NCBI GenBank assembly: GCA_002633005.1
Contig: NMRA01000080.1
Span: forward strand, 711,291 to 775,290
Length of the DNA stretch: 64,000 bases
DNA from: Phoronis australis
Taxonomy: Eukaryota > Animalia > Phoronida
Direction: 5' to 3'
Part shown: positions 46,453-61,400 of the stretch, in pieces
How the letters are laid out: each line of letters starts with the position of its first letter
How positions within the stretch are numbered: the stretch's first letter is position 1
Program-made: the position numbers and the translations under genes
The notes under the pieces: generated by a model
The model's input: the letters and a program-made list of their open reading frames with translations, nothing else
Told to the model about the DNA's origin: nothing
Database searches by the model: none

Positions 46453-49400
46453 GTAGGTAATTTCAAAATGTACTAGGCAAATTATAATGATGCATGGTTG
46501 TGCATGTTGTGGTTGTTAAGACCAGACAGTGGTCAGCTCAGTCACACTCACAGTCACAGACACAGTGCAGAACTCAGCAGGGTAGTGAATACCAAAGGGT
46601 TCGTGGTCACTACAGTACTATGGCAAACATTCAGATTTTAACAGTACATCGCAACTTGGTCTACAACACAGGACCATGTAGGCAGACCAAGTTAATTTGG
46701 TTTGGTGGCGTACTTGGTCCGTTGTTCAAGACAGTACCAACATCTCAACTGGCCCCCTGGTGGCCATCTCATAGGCCATCCACAGCAAATTATGCCTCAC
46801 TCTGATTAAACCATCAAAATCATGTTTCTATGAGTACATTTTTCGCATAGAGAAACACCTTAGGCCAGGCTAACACATTAATCAGTGTGAGGCGTAATAT
46901 GACGAAAAGCTTTCGGCGTGTAGAGGACCTATCGGAAATCCACTGTCTCTACTGTGGCCAGTTGAGACAGTGGTTCTGTCTGCGTTGTCCCAAGCTTAGT
47001 AATCACAGTGTATGAAATACTATTTTTTGCGCCAATGACGTAGGGTGCACTCCTAAAATTATCCATGTCTGAGACTTCAAAATTGCAAACCGCTTAGGCT
47101 CTTCTGCTTATCACCTTTTGAAACTTGTATCAACTTGCTGAGCTCAAGTCATGACTACATGGAGAGACTGTGTTAAATCTGGGAGTTGACTCAGATGCCC
47201 ATCTTCCCCAAAAAGCAGTTTAAGTATGTCATTTTCTTGCATCATTCTCTGTTTATTCGTAATAACGATCCGTCAGTTTCATTGAAAACAGCTGCTCGTG
47301 ACACTACTTCTGCTCGTGCGCCATTTTGGTCAATTTTTTGCAACATGTTTCGAGAGATGGTGACAAAGTACTTCACCAATGAAAAATTTGCTCAGAAATT
47401 CAGTTTCTGGTAATTTCTGAAAAACTTACCAAAGTGAACCCAGTCCTGGTAATTTGTTTGAACACATCTTAGTGAAAACAGAACAGTTGGTAGAATAATC
47501 AGCGAATAAAGAAATTGCCCTACAGGTTATACAGTTCACTCAATTCTTGTTTCATGGAGCTCAATGCCGACGTATGTGATCCATGCGCAAGTTTAGCCTT
47601 AAACTAATGGAATAACTTTATTTTTTTGCTCTAGTAACCAATATAATTTGCTCAATGAAGGGTCAAATTTTTGCTGACATTGATTTATGTCAGATTTTGA
47701 TTCACCAATTAGTTACCCACTTCATTCCAAAGCTGTACATTGTATACCAAATGTCTGCTCAATGACCACTGATGGTTTCTGTGCCTGTATTGTGTCTGCA
47801 CTGTGTGAGTGTTGACAGCCTGTTTGATAGATTCACTGTGTCAACCAGGTGTGAGTATCTCTTCCGCTTAGTGCGTGCTTCCTTTCATACTCTGTACAGT
47901 TTTAAAAACCTTCCTCTAACATTTTTGTTTTACTAAATGCATTGCACTACTGTGCAATTACCATTCAGATAATCCTAGCAATCCTTTAGCAGCGTGTAAC
48001 TGTAAAAGCTCTACTATATAGTCACATCCTGTAGTGTGCAGAAGTTTCGAGATGCCCGGGGCAATTTTTTATTGGGTGCCCCTCTCTCTACTCAAGTGAT
48101 GAGACAAGTAAAAAAGTGAAACATACAATAGAAACTTTATTCAATTTAACTACAAATCATTTGCACTTTTGAAAAGTTTATTTATTGGTGGGACTATTTA
48201 CTTATGTTTGCCTATGATACCAGGAGAGTCTTCACATAGTGTTCTATTCCAACTCCTGTGCAATACAACTACTTTGTTCTGTGTTCAGACTCTGATGCAA
48301 TATGTGACAAAGGGCTTCGCCTGTCATTTAAGGAGCCTACCTTTGAGTGATGAGATCTTATTTTTTGTGTTGGCAAAGTATTGCTGGGACTATTTAGGTA
48401 GCCTAAAACATCGGAAATAACAAAAAACCTTTACTTGTCATTGCTAGCATATACAATTTTGATTTTGTTCACAGTCACGTTCCAAAGAAGATACGTGGAA
48501 GGCAGATGAGCTGCAAAAGTCCTTGAAGGTATCTGACTGCCATCATGGTGCTTGATTCCGTAGTTACAAAATGCTGCTACAGTGTAGTTGAATAGTTATG
48601 CTCTCTGTTAAACTGACTGATTGCTCAATTAGGTTTTGCACTGGAAACATGAATATCCATAGATAGGAGCTTTTAGTACTCTTTGAGTTCATTTTCCTTC
48701 TGGACTGGTCCAAACTCATTAAAATGTAAATTTTTTGCAATGGTAGCATAAGTTAAGCCTAAAGAAATCTGCGCTTTATTTTCAAGTTTCTTTCTCAAAA
48801 AAACAGCAGGTCGTTTAACCTCCTTAAGCTGCCTATGTGTACTCTGAAGTTTTAAGAATTATGGTTAATAATTTCCAATCTGGGATGGTAAATTTAAAGC
48901 CTTATACTTTGAATTTTCTTGATTCTGAGATTTGGACATGGGCAACGTTTTCATGAGTTCCTGTAGTGTGTAACAGAGATGTTTGTCATTAATTGCAATT
49001 CTTGAATTTGGGATGGTCAGTATTGCCGATTTCCAAAATTTGGTACATCTCTGACTTAGATCAAAATAATAAAATTTTCACAGTATCTAAGTTGGCACCT
49101 TTTACTGTAAATTATTGTTGACAGGAGGCCACAGGCGACAAAGGAAAACGCCGTGATGGTGAGGAACGAGAAAAGAGGCATCGCAGACGAGACGATAATG
49201 ATGGTAATGATGAAGTGATGAATTTCAGATTAGTTTTTAATTTTTTATTTGTGAACATGGTAAAATGTCAATAGTATCAGATTAAGATTTTGACAAAATT
49301 GCACTTTTTCACTTTCCAAAGACTTTTAGGTGTGTTTTGCAACTTATTTGTGCCATGAACACTTAATTTTCTGATGCATGAAACAACAATGAAAATGACT

Positions 49401-52400
49401 TTTTATGTGGTTGAGTATCAAAGTTTATGAAATCATATCAGGTCAACTCATTTGAACATTCAAATTAGCTCGAGGTAACATTTTGTGTAGTTGTTCTTCT
49501 TGTCATATCATGACCTTTGCAGGTAAAGAAAGGGGTCACAGGGATAAGGATATAAACCAGGAAGAGAAGGACCGCAGACGTAAAAGGCGAGAGGTATGTT
49601 TCAGAGTTTTCAGTGAAACTGGTAATAGGGTATTACTAGACATTCTGTATACACGTGGATTCTATCTTTGCAAATTTATTTTTCAAATTTATTCAATTTT
49701 CTGAATTCAGTGTCTATGATCTGCCTGCGCAGTTGTCTAGAGATGCTGTGAAGAATCTTTCCTCCAGTAGACATGGCAGTGTCTCATTAAAGTTGTCTGA
49801 CTCTTTGTTAACGCTCTGGATTGGGTTCCCTGGAACACCAGCAAAGGGTTACACAATTTGCTCAGGAATTAGATAGCCTCAATTTCCCCCATAGAAGGCG
49901 CTAGGCTGCTTTAAAACATTTCAAAATTTTTCAAGTGAGTTTTCCAGAAGTTTTGAATTAGACTCTGTAACTTTCCTGTAAGATTTCTGTTGCTTCTGCT
50001 AAAGAGCCATTAACACTGTACATTTAGGGTGAAGAAAATGGAACTGCAGATAAAGAACGGGCTCATAAACCAAAAGATGGTGAAGATAAAAGACGTAATA
50101 AGGAAAATGATAGAGGTGATGAACGGCGACGGCGCCATCGTGATAAAGATGGTGCTGGAGGAGAGGATGGCGAAAGGAAACATGGTGAAGGCGAAGACAG
50201 AGAAGAACGTCGACGAAGACGTAAAGATGGGGATGGTGAAGATAACCATGAGAAGAGACGGAGACATAGAGAAGAAGATGGGGAAGACAGGAAACATAGG
50301 GTGAAAGATGGTGAAGGGGGTGAAAATCGTGAAGAGAGGCGGCGTAGAAGGAAAGAGAGGGAAGGTGGAGGAGTGGATGTGGAAAAAGAAGATGGAGAGG
50401 ACGGACAGAAGAGCCGTAAAGATGGGGGAGATGGAAAGGATAGGGAAAGGGATGAAAGGAGACGTCGCAAAGAAGGAGAAACGGAAGAAGAACGAGAGGA
50501 AAGACGGAGAAGGCGCAAAGATAGGGAAGGAGAGAGTGAGGAGCAAAGAGAGGAAAGACGGAGAAGAAAAGAGGGAGAAACAGAAGAGGAAAGAGAGGAG
50601 AGACACAAAAAGAGAAAAGAGAAAGAAGGAGAAAACGAAGAAGAAAGGGCAGAGAGGAGGAGACGAAGGAAGGAAGGTGATACAGAGGAAGAGAGGGCAG
50701 ATGAACACAGAAGGAGAAAAGAAAGGGACGGAGAGACTGAGGAAGACAGGGAAGAAAGGAGAAGGCGGAGGAAAGAAGGAGAAACAGAGGAGGAGCGAGA
50801 GGAAAGAAGGCGGCGAAGGAAAGAAGGGGAGACTGAAGAAGAGAGGGAAGAAAGACGTCGAAGAAGAAAGGAACGAGATGGGGAGACTGAAGAACAAAGA
50901 GAGGAGAGGAGAAGAAGGCGTAAGGAAAAAGAAGGTGATGACGAAGGAAAGGAAGAAAGAGAGGAGAGAGGACGTCATAGGGAAGAAGGAAGAGAGAGAC
51001 GTCAAAAAGATAAAGATGATAGTGGAAGCAGATCAAGGAAAAAAGATGGCGATGTAAGTTGAAAACATTTTGTGGTTTACACATTTGATTTTCACCTGTA
51101 AAGTGCTGTTTCAGTCTCATATAATTGTAAACAGATGCATGAGCTCCTTGTGTTGGCAGCACTTAGTTTGTTCCTTTGCTTACACGATGCCCGACTTTCT
51201 ATTAATCATCCTTGTTGTGATATTCAAAATCAGGGTGACCACTGCTTTCCAAGAATGCCCTCAAAAGAGGGAGTTAGTTGCACTTCCCTTCATTCAATGC
51301 CGCCTTTTTTGCTTGTTTTCATTGAACACTAGTCACCATGCATGTTCCTTAGAACGATGACGATCGTAAACAGCGACATCGTCGCCACCGTGACCGGGAG
51401 GACCGTGACTCTGACGGTGATCATCGAGATGGTGATGTCCCTGACTCTGGAGCAATAAGTTCTGCTGTAGACGGTGGTGAAAATTTAGGTGACGGGGATC
51501 CCGGTGACGACACAGTGCAGGTAGAGTAGTGATGATGAGTTGTTTTGTATGAGTCAATGTCAGGTTGTTGTCTCCCTCTGTTGTTCGTGTTCTTTGGTTC
51601 TTGTATGAAATTGTTTTCACTATCAGGAATAACTGGATATATGTAAGTAAGTTTCTTTATTATAGTGATCTGCGCACAAACAGTGTAAACGAAAAGCAAT
51701 GATATACCCAGCCCCATTATTGACTTGTAAATCACTTTAAACTGAAAAAGAAAGGAAATTGTACAAAATATGCATATATGAGGACAGAATACTAAATGTT
51801 GTCCAGTCAGTTCATAATGGGTGGTAGAACAAAAAGTAGATTCGAATCTCTTCAATGTCAGGTATAGCAACTATTTCTTAGTTCAAAAACATTTTTTGCA
51901 AAGTACGCCGTCTGTTAAACAACTTAGTTTTGCCATTAATATGTGGAATTTTCTTTTGCAATCCACAACAAGAAAATTTAGATATTTTATCCCAATTTCA
52001 GAATAAGCAATTTTTCTTTGAAGTGTTGATAAAGGACTCTCAAATAAAAAGATAACCTCAGTTTCTATGAGGCTTCTACGTTACCGGTATGCCATCGTAT
52101 ACAAACCCTTTGGCTGACGGCCACTGTGTTAAAGATTTTGCTTGCAATACATTGTCTGTTCTTAACTAACATGTCCCATAGTAGAACATACTAGAAGTTT
52201 GTCTCTTGGGCTCAATTGTCTCACATGGGATGTGCAGCAAATTTTTATCAAGCTGAATTCATTAATTATTGTTCTCTGTTGAGGTTATTGTGTCGCATTG
52301 CAATAACTAAGCTGGATACAAGGATCCCTAAACTGACCCACTTAGTTCAAATTGGCGTAGTATTGCATTTTTTCTAAAAGGAGGCGTCCTTTTCAGGCCA

Positions 52401-55400
52401 GAGGAAAAGAAGTGGCAACAAAGGAGCGAGCTGAAGAGCCAGTTAAGCAGGTCAGTATTAAGGGTAAAAAATCTCTAGAAGTCACTGTTAAAGTCACAAC
52501 AGGCTGTCATAATTGTACTCTCTCAACAATTTTGGACTAAAGTTCTTACCAAAATTGAGCTTCTTTTTCCATTTTTAAAGGCTCTAAAGGTTTTTGTGAA
52601 TGTCTTGGATTACTCGCAATGTTGTCTGATGGTAGTTATAGTCCAAAACGATAAAGTATTTATTTGGAGCTACTTTTATTTTTAAAAACAAGAAAAATGT
52701 TTCTGATGACATATTCTATAATCTCAATTCGTTGAGGTTTTCTTTCGTCAGCAGTAATTTGAGAAAATGCTGCCAATTTCTGCAAGTAGAAATACAGTAG
52801 GTTTGCACGTTACTACAACTTTTTCTCAACTGATTTTTATGCGCCCACATATTTATATGTGGACGCATTATTTTAGTTGTCTTGATCGAGTTAAGTCGAT
52901 TTGTGTAACTGCTTAAATCAATGTTGTTATGCATTAATTAAAATTTTATTTCCCCTCGAGTGATCGACAGTGAAATAGATATGCGTCTTGAAACATTTTA
53001 TTTGCAACCTGAGATTAAAAGAATTTTTTTCAATTGTACAAAAGAGAAATTGTGTTTTTGCAACAAAAGTGAGTGCAGGTTGTCTTGCCTATGCATAAGT
53101 TGACTATTTGAGTGTCATAAAAATAAAAATATGAACTGTTTTTCACTTAATAATGACATATTTGTTCAGTCTTCGAAAACTCATCGCAAGTTAAATAAGA
53201 ATCCGTTGCCGATGCAACGCTTGTTAAAGCCAGCTAAAGTGAAATCTAATCCGATGCAGGTACATCGTTACGGTTAGAATTTTAGCCAATGTTAGTCAAA
53301 CTACTCTTTTCCCTGCTGATAATCAAGGTGTCACATTTCTTCAGTTATTAGTTTTATCCCATGAAACTATGTGTTTTTGAACCCGTTGGTGAACAAAGAA
53401 ACTTATCGTGCACTGAAATAGTGGCTGGGTGTTTGTGTGATGGAAAAGATTTTTCATTGCTTTTTGATGATATGATGTTAAATTGCTAAATCACTCACTA
53501 AAAAGCATTGAGAGTCTGGTGAGTCAGACGTTTCCGCCCCTTTTCTTAAGGCTTTGTTCACTGACTGGATTTCCCGCATCAGGCTGTGCTGGTGTTTGTA
53601 GTCGGATGTGATGTGTTTTGTTTGAAAGTCCTGTATTTCAGGCAGTTACCAAAACATGAATTTTTTTGTTGAAGACGTACAGTTATCTTCGTCCATATAA
53701 TATACAAAAACGTTTTCCTTTATTAGCCTCACATGAAGTTGGCTTTGAAACTTGGAGGTGTTAACATTCTTCTTAGACTATGAAAGAAAAATATAGTTAA
53801 AAGAATTAATGAACAGGATTTTCAAGTGACGTGGAAATTACACCAATCTCTGTAAAAAATAATTTTTAGCAAAAAGTCTGATGTCATGTGACCATTAATG
53901 CGCAGACATTATTTTCATGCGTATGGAATGTTTTTCATGTTCACCAAGGACTTAAACACTATTTGGTTTCACGGCCTAGAACATTCGTATTTTAGTTAAT
54001 ATTTGGAATAAATGTGGCTATTGATAGTCAGTTATCTCAGCTAATGATGTGGCAGCACTGCAATAGCTTGTTTTTTAGAAATGTGATCTCATTTATTTTG
54101 TCTGTAGAATGAAAGGAGTTTTAGTTCAGTATTTGGTCAAATGTTGTTTGACTTAAAGGATGTTTGTAAACTCGGCACGGCATGTATTAGATAATTTTGT
54201 TTCCTAGTAATTTGTCAAATTGCTATTACTCAAACAGTTACGAGCTCATTTTAGTGTTGTTTATGGTGTTTTATGCATTTACATCTTGCGTATTTGGAAA
54301 CATTATTTTTATGAGATTTGTTGAGTCTCTGTAAAGCTAAGTTGACCTATGATAATGAAATTTCAGTTATGAACTTTTGTCCTTTTCTAGTGTATAAATT
54401 TTGTAACAGTTTTGTATTTCAAAAAATTTCAAGGACATGTTTCATAAAGTACTGTTTTAAGAATTAAAAATTTTTACTTAATTTGTGATTTCATAGTTGA
54501 GTTGTTTTAAAACAGGTTTTTGCTATGCAATTATGAGAAATTTGGTTTAAAGGTTGGTTTTAAATTTTGGATTTATGACTGACAAATGATAGTCTAAACA
54601 ATTTTCCAAACATTTCATGAAACAAGCCCCTCTGGCTTAGCGATGTAACATTATTGGAGAATCTGTCCCTAGGAAGTTCCCATGACTCGGGCAAAGTCGA
54701 GTGCAAAGCCCCGCGCTTCAACTAATGTGGTTCAGGAACCAGATGAACCTATTGATGAAATTGATGAAGAAATCATCACTATGCGACCTGTCAGGTATTC
54801 CTGAAGATGGTGTTCGTTACATTGTGCTTAGAAACCTTTTTTGGTGACCAGTAAGTTGGATGAATATAATGTAGTTCTTTGAGATGGATAGCAGCTGACA
54901 ACTTATTACACACTTTCAGTGGACTTTCCATCGTCTTTATACAAGAAATTCATTTTCGTAATGTGTCACCATAGTTTTTGGTTTCTAAGCACACCTGTTA
55001 TTGTTTCGTTTGTGTTTTGACATTGGTGTAACTAACTAAATTTGTATATTCATTGCATGCAATCAAAGACTCAAAAAACACATGCCACACCCATGTGAGT
55101 ATCTCGTAGACAAAGGACATAGTCCTGGTCAGATTCCATCAAACTGGAGCCACTAGTACCCAGTGTTAATGTTGTCATGAGACAAAACTACAGTTTGGTG
55201 GAATTTCACCAGAATCATAGAATAGATGTAGTCGCATCACCCTGTACCAGTCCTGAGCTTCCCACTGCAAACCTTTACTAGTTCTCACACAGGCATTGCT
55301 GAATCGACTATTTTGTTACTCTAGAGTATTTGGTAGGTATAGATTAGCTGAGGATTACTTAGTATTTGTATTTTCTGTAGATAGTGCATAACAATTTAGT

Positions 55401-58400
55401 TTCAACACAAGAAGCGTGTTCTCAGAACTGTTTGCCAGTTCTCTGTCTTCCTTTTGTGTATGCATAAAATCTTGCACTTTATTTGCCACAGAGGTTTTGC
55501 AGTGATGTGGTTTGTGCACTTCATAATTATACAACTTAAGGGACTCAACAAATTGTCTCGAACATTTGCGAATGGTCTTTACAAAGTTAGATCCAGAATA
55601 TTCTTTCTGTACTCCCTTAGAGAAATTTCAGTGTTTATCGCCCTGTGTTTCTGAAATTTGAAAAAAAAATCAGCAATTATTGGCAAAGTGGAGCTGTAAT
55701 GTCCCCTCAAACATGTAGTATGTTCACTACTACTAGCCAAAATGGTACCCTCGTCATTAAAGTTAGTCCTGTTTGATTCTGAGCCTAGTACCTGAATGGG
55801 TTCTGCTAATTCTGACTGGCTCACTGTGTCTTTGCTTCATCAATAGGGATTATCATACTTTTATTGACGTAATATGATGCGAAAAAAATCTTTCCTGGAC
55901 TTATGGAAGTTGAGAATTGAAAGCAACCTTTTGTTGACCTTTGGAGACTTTCTGCAACACCTTTTGGCTATTGTTCAAAGTTTCACTCCGCTTGCCTCAA
56001 GATCGTCACATCCCAGTAGATTTCGTAGATGCTTGAAAAAGTTGGCAGTGGTCAACAAAACTTTGACTTTCGATTATTGAGTAAGTTCAGGAAAGAATCC
56101 AAATTTTTTACGTCAAGCTTCAGCATTTCCCTGCTACATTCAAGTAAGGTTGTGGCTGCTATTACTGGCTTTATCTCCCCTGCGACGAAGCTGCTTTATC
56201 TCCCCTGCGACCAAGCTGCTATCTGTCTTGCTCATGCTGTATGCAATATCTTTATTTACTGCACAGAATGTAACAATCACTCGTTGGTGATTCTTGTGTA
56301 AGAACTCATGAAATCTTGATCTGAAAATCTTGAATTTCTTGGCAGAGTTTTACTGAACATTTTGTCTCTTTACAATTGTTAAGTGTTTGTTTTTGTTAAA
56401 ATCTTTCATTTTTGATATAATAGTTTTCATTTTCGTGAAAATTTGGAATGTGTAATTTTCCTTTATTTTATTTTAAAAAACATTTTTCTACAACATAATC
56501 ATTTTGTAATTGTTTTTATTGACTGTGTTTGTAAAATGTCATTTCTTTTCTTAGTGGCACTCAAAAGACGGAGGCTGCGGAAGATGATTATGGTGATTAT
56601 GAAGATGACTTTGAGGTATGATACTCTTTTGAGAGATCAGTTCCATGTATTTGACTTTGATTATGAGTTGAATTGAATTAAACAACTTTCATTTCGATTC
56701 CGGCCAACTTTTCATGAGCATGTGACATTTTTTCGCACTGTTTCAATTGATCCTTTTTGTGTACAGAAAATAATCATGAGTTGTTTAGTAAAAACTTATT
56801 GATAGTATTGGTCAGCCATTATTACAGAATCTCTGCTTTCAGGCTTGTGTGCATCAAGTCTTGAAGAGACTAGTTGTAAAGCTGGGGCAATCTATTCTTG
56901 TTGGAGTTGGTTGACTGTATAAACTGAGCCTTTGTGTTCTAAAAGGGTATTATCAGATTTTACTTGGGCGTTGCTTGAGCCTGTTAATTGAATTCAGTGA
57001 ACACAGGATGGTTCTTTAAGAGGGAACAAAAAGTCTATGTTAATTAATCTTCTCAATATCGTGTCAACTGTTGTTTCCTTGCACTTTGCATGAAGGTGTT
57101 CACTTCATAGGAATGTATGCCCAATTTCTTCTGTGAAAAGTATACTGAACATTCTCAATAAATGTTGATTATTTTAGGATTACGATGACGACTTTGAAGA
57201 TGAAGATAACAATGATGAAGATGATGAGCCTAAGGCTGTAAGTTTATGACTTATGAAATAGCCCTTCGGCCTTTTTAAACCATAAATTCACAACAATGAC
57301 ACTCATGGTCAATAAATACATACGAGATAACAAAATAATTATGCAATTATACGTCTCGCAACAAACGGTTTCTTATTTTCATTGTCAAAAAATATACTTT
57401 GCCTCCTGATTTAAGATTAGGGTTTCATTTGGTCTCAGAACATTGTACATCTGTTCAGGACAACAATCTTCCTTAAAGATTCTTGTACTTATGAAATATG
57501 AATCATAATTTTTAGTCGTGGCTGTTGTTGTATTACTCATTAATTTTGAAGCATAATTGCTTAGACATGACTGTAAATGTATGACTTATGAGATGCGAGT
57601 AATTTCATCTGAACACTTTTGGCCTGTACTGTACGTATTTCTTTTTCATGAATTGTAGTGAATACTGTAAGGTGTACTTTTGGAACATTTTCATCCTAGT
57701 AGCAGATTTCTTTGAAAAGGAGTTTACATCATGTTTTACAGTCTCGCGACGAATTGGACGATTTGTTCCGAGCCATGAATGAAGAGAACGATCGTCTCCT
57801 GGCGTCTTCTCGCAAAAGCAACTGGTCAGATTCGGTGAGTGGATCTGTGCCACGGTAGATAGACATTAACTTAAAGATATAGTTCTATCTGTAATAACTA
57901 CTCGGTGGAGGCCGAAGGCTATATCCAGTCAGAAAAGCTACCGTGCAGATGAGCTGCAGCACAATTGTTGATTTTCTTCAAAATAATATACAGATTTTAC
58001 CTTCTACACTCAACGATTCCCTGTCCTTTATTTTCACCAGTTTAGAACACGAAAAGAGTATTGTCTTTGAACAGATATCAATGAAATAGGAAAATTTTGT
58101 AAATTATAGCAATTTTTGCATTTCTTACTGGCAGTTCAGAAAACATGAACTTTTATGCTGTTCAACTGTGGCGGCCATTTTGTTGTTGCGCCAGAAATTC
58201 AAAAATAATTTAAAATTTTTCATAATTAATTCTGGGTTGTTTTGACATTTCATAGCATTCCACACTCAGCTATTCAGTTATTCAGCTATCCGTGGGGTAA
58301 TAAAACAATTATCTTGTCAGCCAGAACCCTTTGTTAAACTGTGTTTACTTACATCGACCAACTGGGGCAGCTGTATGGTTTAGGGAAGGGTTCACAGAAA

Positions 58401-61400
58401 CTACATTCACTGACCTTTCATGTCAATTTCAAAAGGCCTATTTTGTATGAACGAGACCCATGATTTACAACGGGTCTGCAAAGTTCTAAGCCACTATGCC
58501 ACTAGTTTCCTCCTCCAATCCTAAAATGATGGCTTTGCGTTTGTTACTGGCAGTTCATAGAACTTGAAGTTTTGTGCTGTTCATCTGTGGTATCCATTTT
58601 GTTGTTGCACCGCCAAAAATTCAAATATAATTTGAAAATTTTGATATTCGATCCTGGCTTGTTTTGACAACATTTCGTTACATGTTGAAACAGCGTTGCT
58701 AGGAAATAAAGTTTAGCTAGTTTTAAGATTAGTTTGTGGTCATTCAAATTCCTTTTTGTGAAGTTTTCAAGCGAAAATAAAACGTCAAGATTATCTTAAA
58801 ATCGGCATCCATGTTGCCTTTTGGCCTTTAATGGCATCCAAACCATGAATTGTGCAGACGATTTACTCATATTAGGGCAGTTCTTTGTCAACTTATTCCA
58901 TAGGTTATTTCAGAAAATGAGCTCTCAGTTCACTGAGATTGCGATAGCTTTTGATACTCACATTATCAAACCTTGACATTTCCCTACGTTTAACTGCAGA
59001 CTGAAGTGTCCGAGGAGCATTCGAAGCCGACGCGTCCAGTTACTGGTCACCATCGAACATTCATCAACTTCGTGTCGGCCAAGCAGAGACAGGTGACTCA
59101 GAAGGCTGCCAATAAAACACGGAGGCGGGGCCAGGAGCTTCTGCAGCTGATTGAACTCGACACAGTCCAGTTTAGCATGTTTGACATGCCGCCAGTCAAT
59201 GAGTATGAACTGTACATGCGCAGTTTTGGGCGGTCTGATACCAAGCAGGTAATGGCACATAAGCGATCTTGTTTCTAATAGTTTTTGCTAGAAGTCTGTG
59301 TACATTTTTTCCTTTTAAACTGTGCGAAGCGACATCTGGTGTTCACGTATGAAGACAGTCTATTAACAACTATATTGTTTATCAGGAACAAAATGACAAT
59401 TTACAGATTAGAACCTAATAGTATTGAGTAATCTCCTGACCAATAATTATTTCTCTGTTGTTTCAAAGCCCATAAATTAATTGTAATCTGAGCAAGGTCC
59501 ATTCGTAAGACCAATTTTACTGCAAGAAGTGATTTAATACAAACTGAGGGTAATATTTGGAACACAAACATTGCTGAGAGGAGGATTGAGGCTTTAAGTT
59601 CAGGAAAGGAAAATTATCATAGTCTCAATGTGTAATTTCATGTATGTCTGTAAAATATGCCATTTGACAGTAATTATTTTAAATTGGCCTCTCTCTCAGT
59701 TTACTTTGTTGGTGTGACTGGAACCTCCATCTTCACGTCGAGTGGAGGACAAATATCACCAATAGTCTTGGAAACAGTTCCTTGTCTGGTGTTTTTTTGG
59801 CTATACCAGTCGAGCATTCATTTTGTGACTCTCTACATTCCTTCTCGCAGTGTTATGTACAGACGAACGAGGACAACCTGGATCGAGAAATACAGACAGA
59901 GGAAGTCGACTCTAAACAGAGGTGGACTCAACACCCACCAGAGGATTTTGCTGGATGTGGAGGTAACTCACCTGTTCTGTAGGCATGTCGGGCTGATTTG
60001 GGAGATAATGATAAACATTTTGTCAACTCTGTCATTTGTCCCCTTAGACTGGGAAATCAAATTCGCGCATGCTGGGCTCAAATGTTGAAACCAAAACAAG
60101 TGAACTCATGAATATTATAATTATTAGATTTTAATTTTTCGGTGATAAAATGAAATTGCTTAACTATGGTGCAGTTTTCTGAACACTTCAGGGAAATTTT
60201 AAATTTACCTTGCTTGAGTTTGAACACGTCAGATTATCAACCAACTGTAGCTTTATTTTTATTTGCAAAATACTGGCAACTACAGATTAAAGTGCCTGTT
60301 ATCTATTTTTGAGGAGAAAGACAACAAATTTTGAATTGGGCTACTCCGAGGTGAGATGTGATTTCCTGACTTCAGTAAAACTGATTACCCTTTTTAGTGC
60401 TATGAATGGCTATTGTAGGTGATGACATTTATGCCCAAAAATCACCTTTAGCAGGTTAGGGAATTGAGTTCATTTGCTTTACCATAAGGTAGGGTTACTG
60501 CTATACGATCACGGGTGTTTTGTACCGTCAAGACTCTGTCAATCTCTCCTCAGGTGATGACGATGGCGACGATGATGAGATCAAAGCAAAGGAGATGGAC
60601 TCAGTCAGGTTCAGCAAATTCCTACAGAGGGCATCACAGGTATGTTACGCCAGTCACACCCTCATCTGACGGTAAGGCCATGTACATTGCCTTTGAAAAT
60701 TAGGATTTTCACTGGTTTAGTGAGGGATGGAATCTTCCGTTGGCTTTTTTGAAACTTAAGGCCTATATCATTAAAGGATGTCAGTCCCGCTATAGTATAG
60801 GCATTCATGGGCACGTTTTTGCAAACCCTTATGTTGCATATTTTAGAAGAGCAAAAATGTTACTGGCGTAAAGTTGATAGTTCTTTGTATTTAGACTTAA
60901 TGACTGCATTTACGAGCCACATTTTAATGAACTGTGTGCGAATTAAAATGAGAAATTACGGCCGTCTCAGTTGAGACTGGGACTTGCAGCCTTTGATAAA
61001 TGGGATCCTGTTGTATATTTTTTTTTCCAAAAATCCTTATTTTCAGCCAAGAAAATTATTCGCAATGTTGATGTGTGTGTTGTGTTTCTTAAACTACCCT
61101 AAGCATGTTAATCTTTCATCTAGAAATTTGATATTTGTTATTATCTGTGATTGTGCGATAGTTGTAAAAAAGTTGTTGATACTTGATTATGCTATAAACG
61201 CTGGATAGGCATTTAAAATTAAATTTATATTAATTTGTTAGAATCACATTATTTTCCTTTTTACAGCCTTATCCAAAATAATTACGGCGTACAGCATTCA
61301 TTAAAGGGCTGCATAATTTTACAAAATTCAATAACATTGCAGTTCCCTGTTATATAATTTCAATTCACCAAAACAACAATGTAATCAGTGGTATAGTTGA

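Noticed and set aside
49999-51162. Long minus-strand ORFs (387, 331, 181 aa; F/L/S/P-rich) and the alternative plus-frame ORF 50308-51057
   Set aside because: By-products of the purine-rich repeat exon of WDR60, which lacks stop codons in several frames; no domain signal or independent gene structure
56164-56220. 27-bp direct duplication (gctttatctcccctgcgac)
   Set aside because: Ordinary slippage duplication in mid-intron with no link to a splice site or motif
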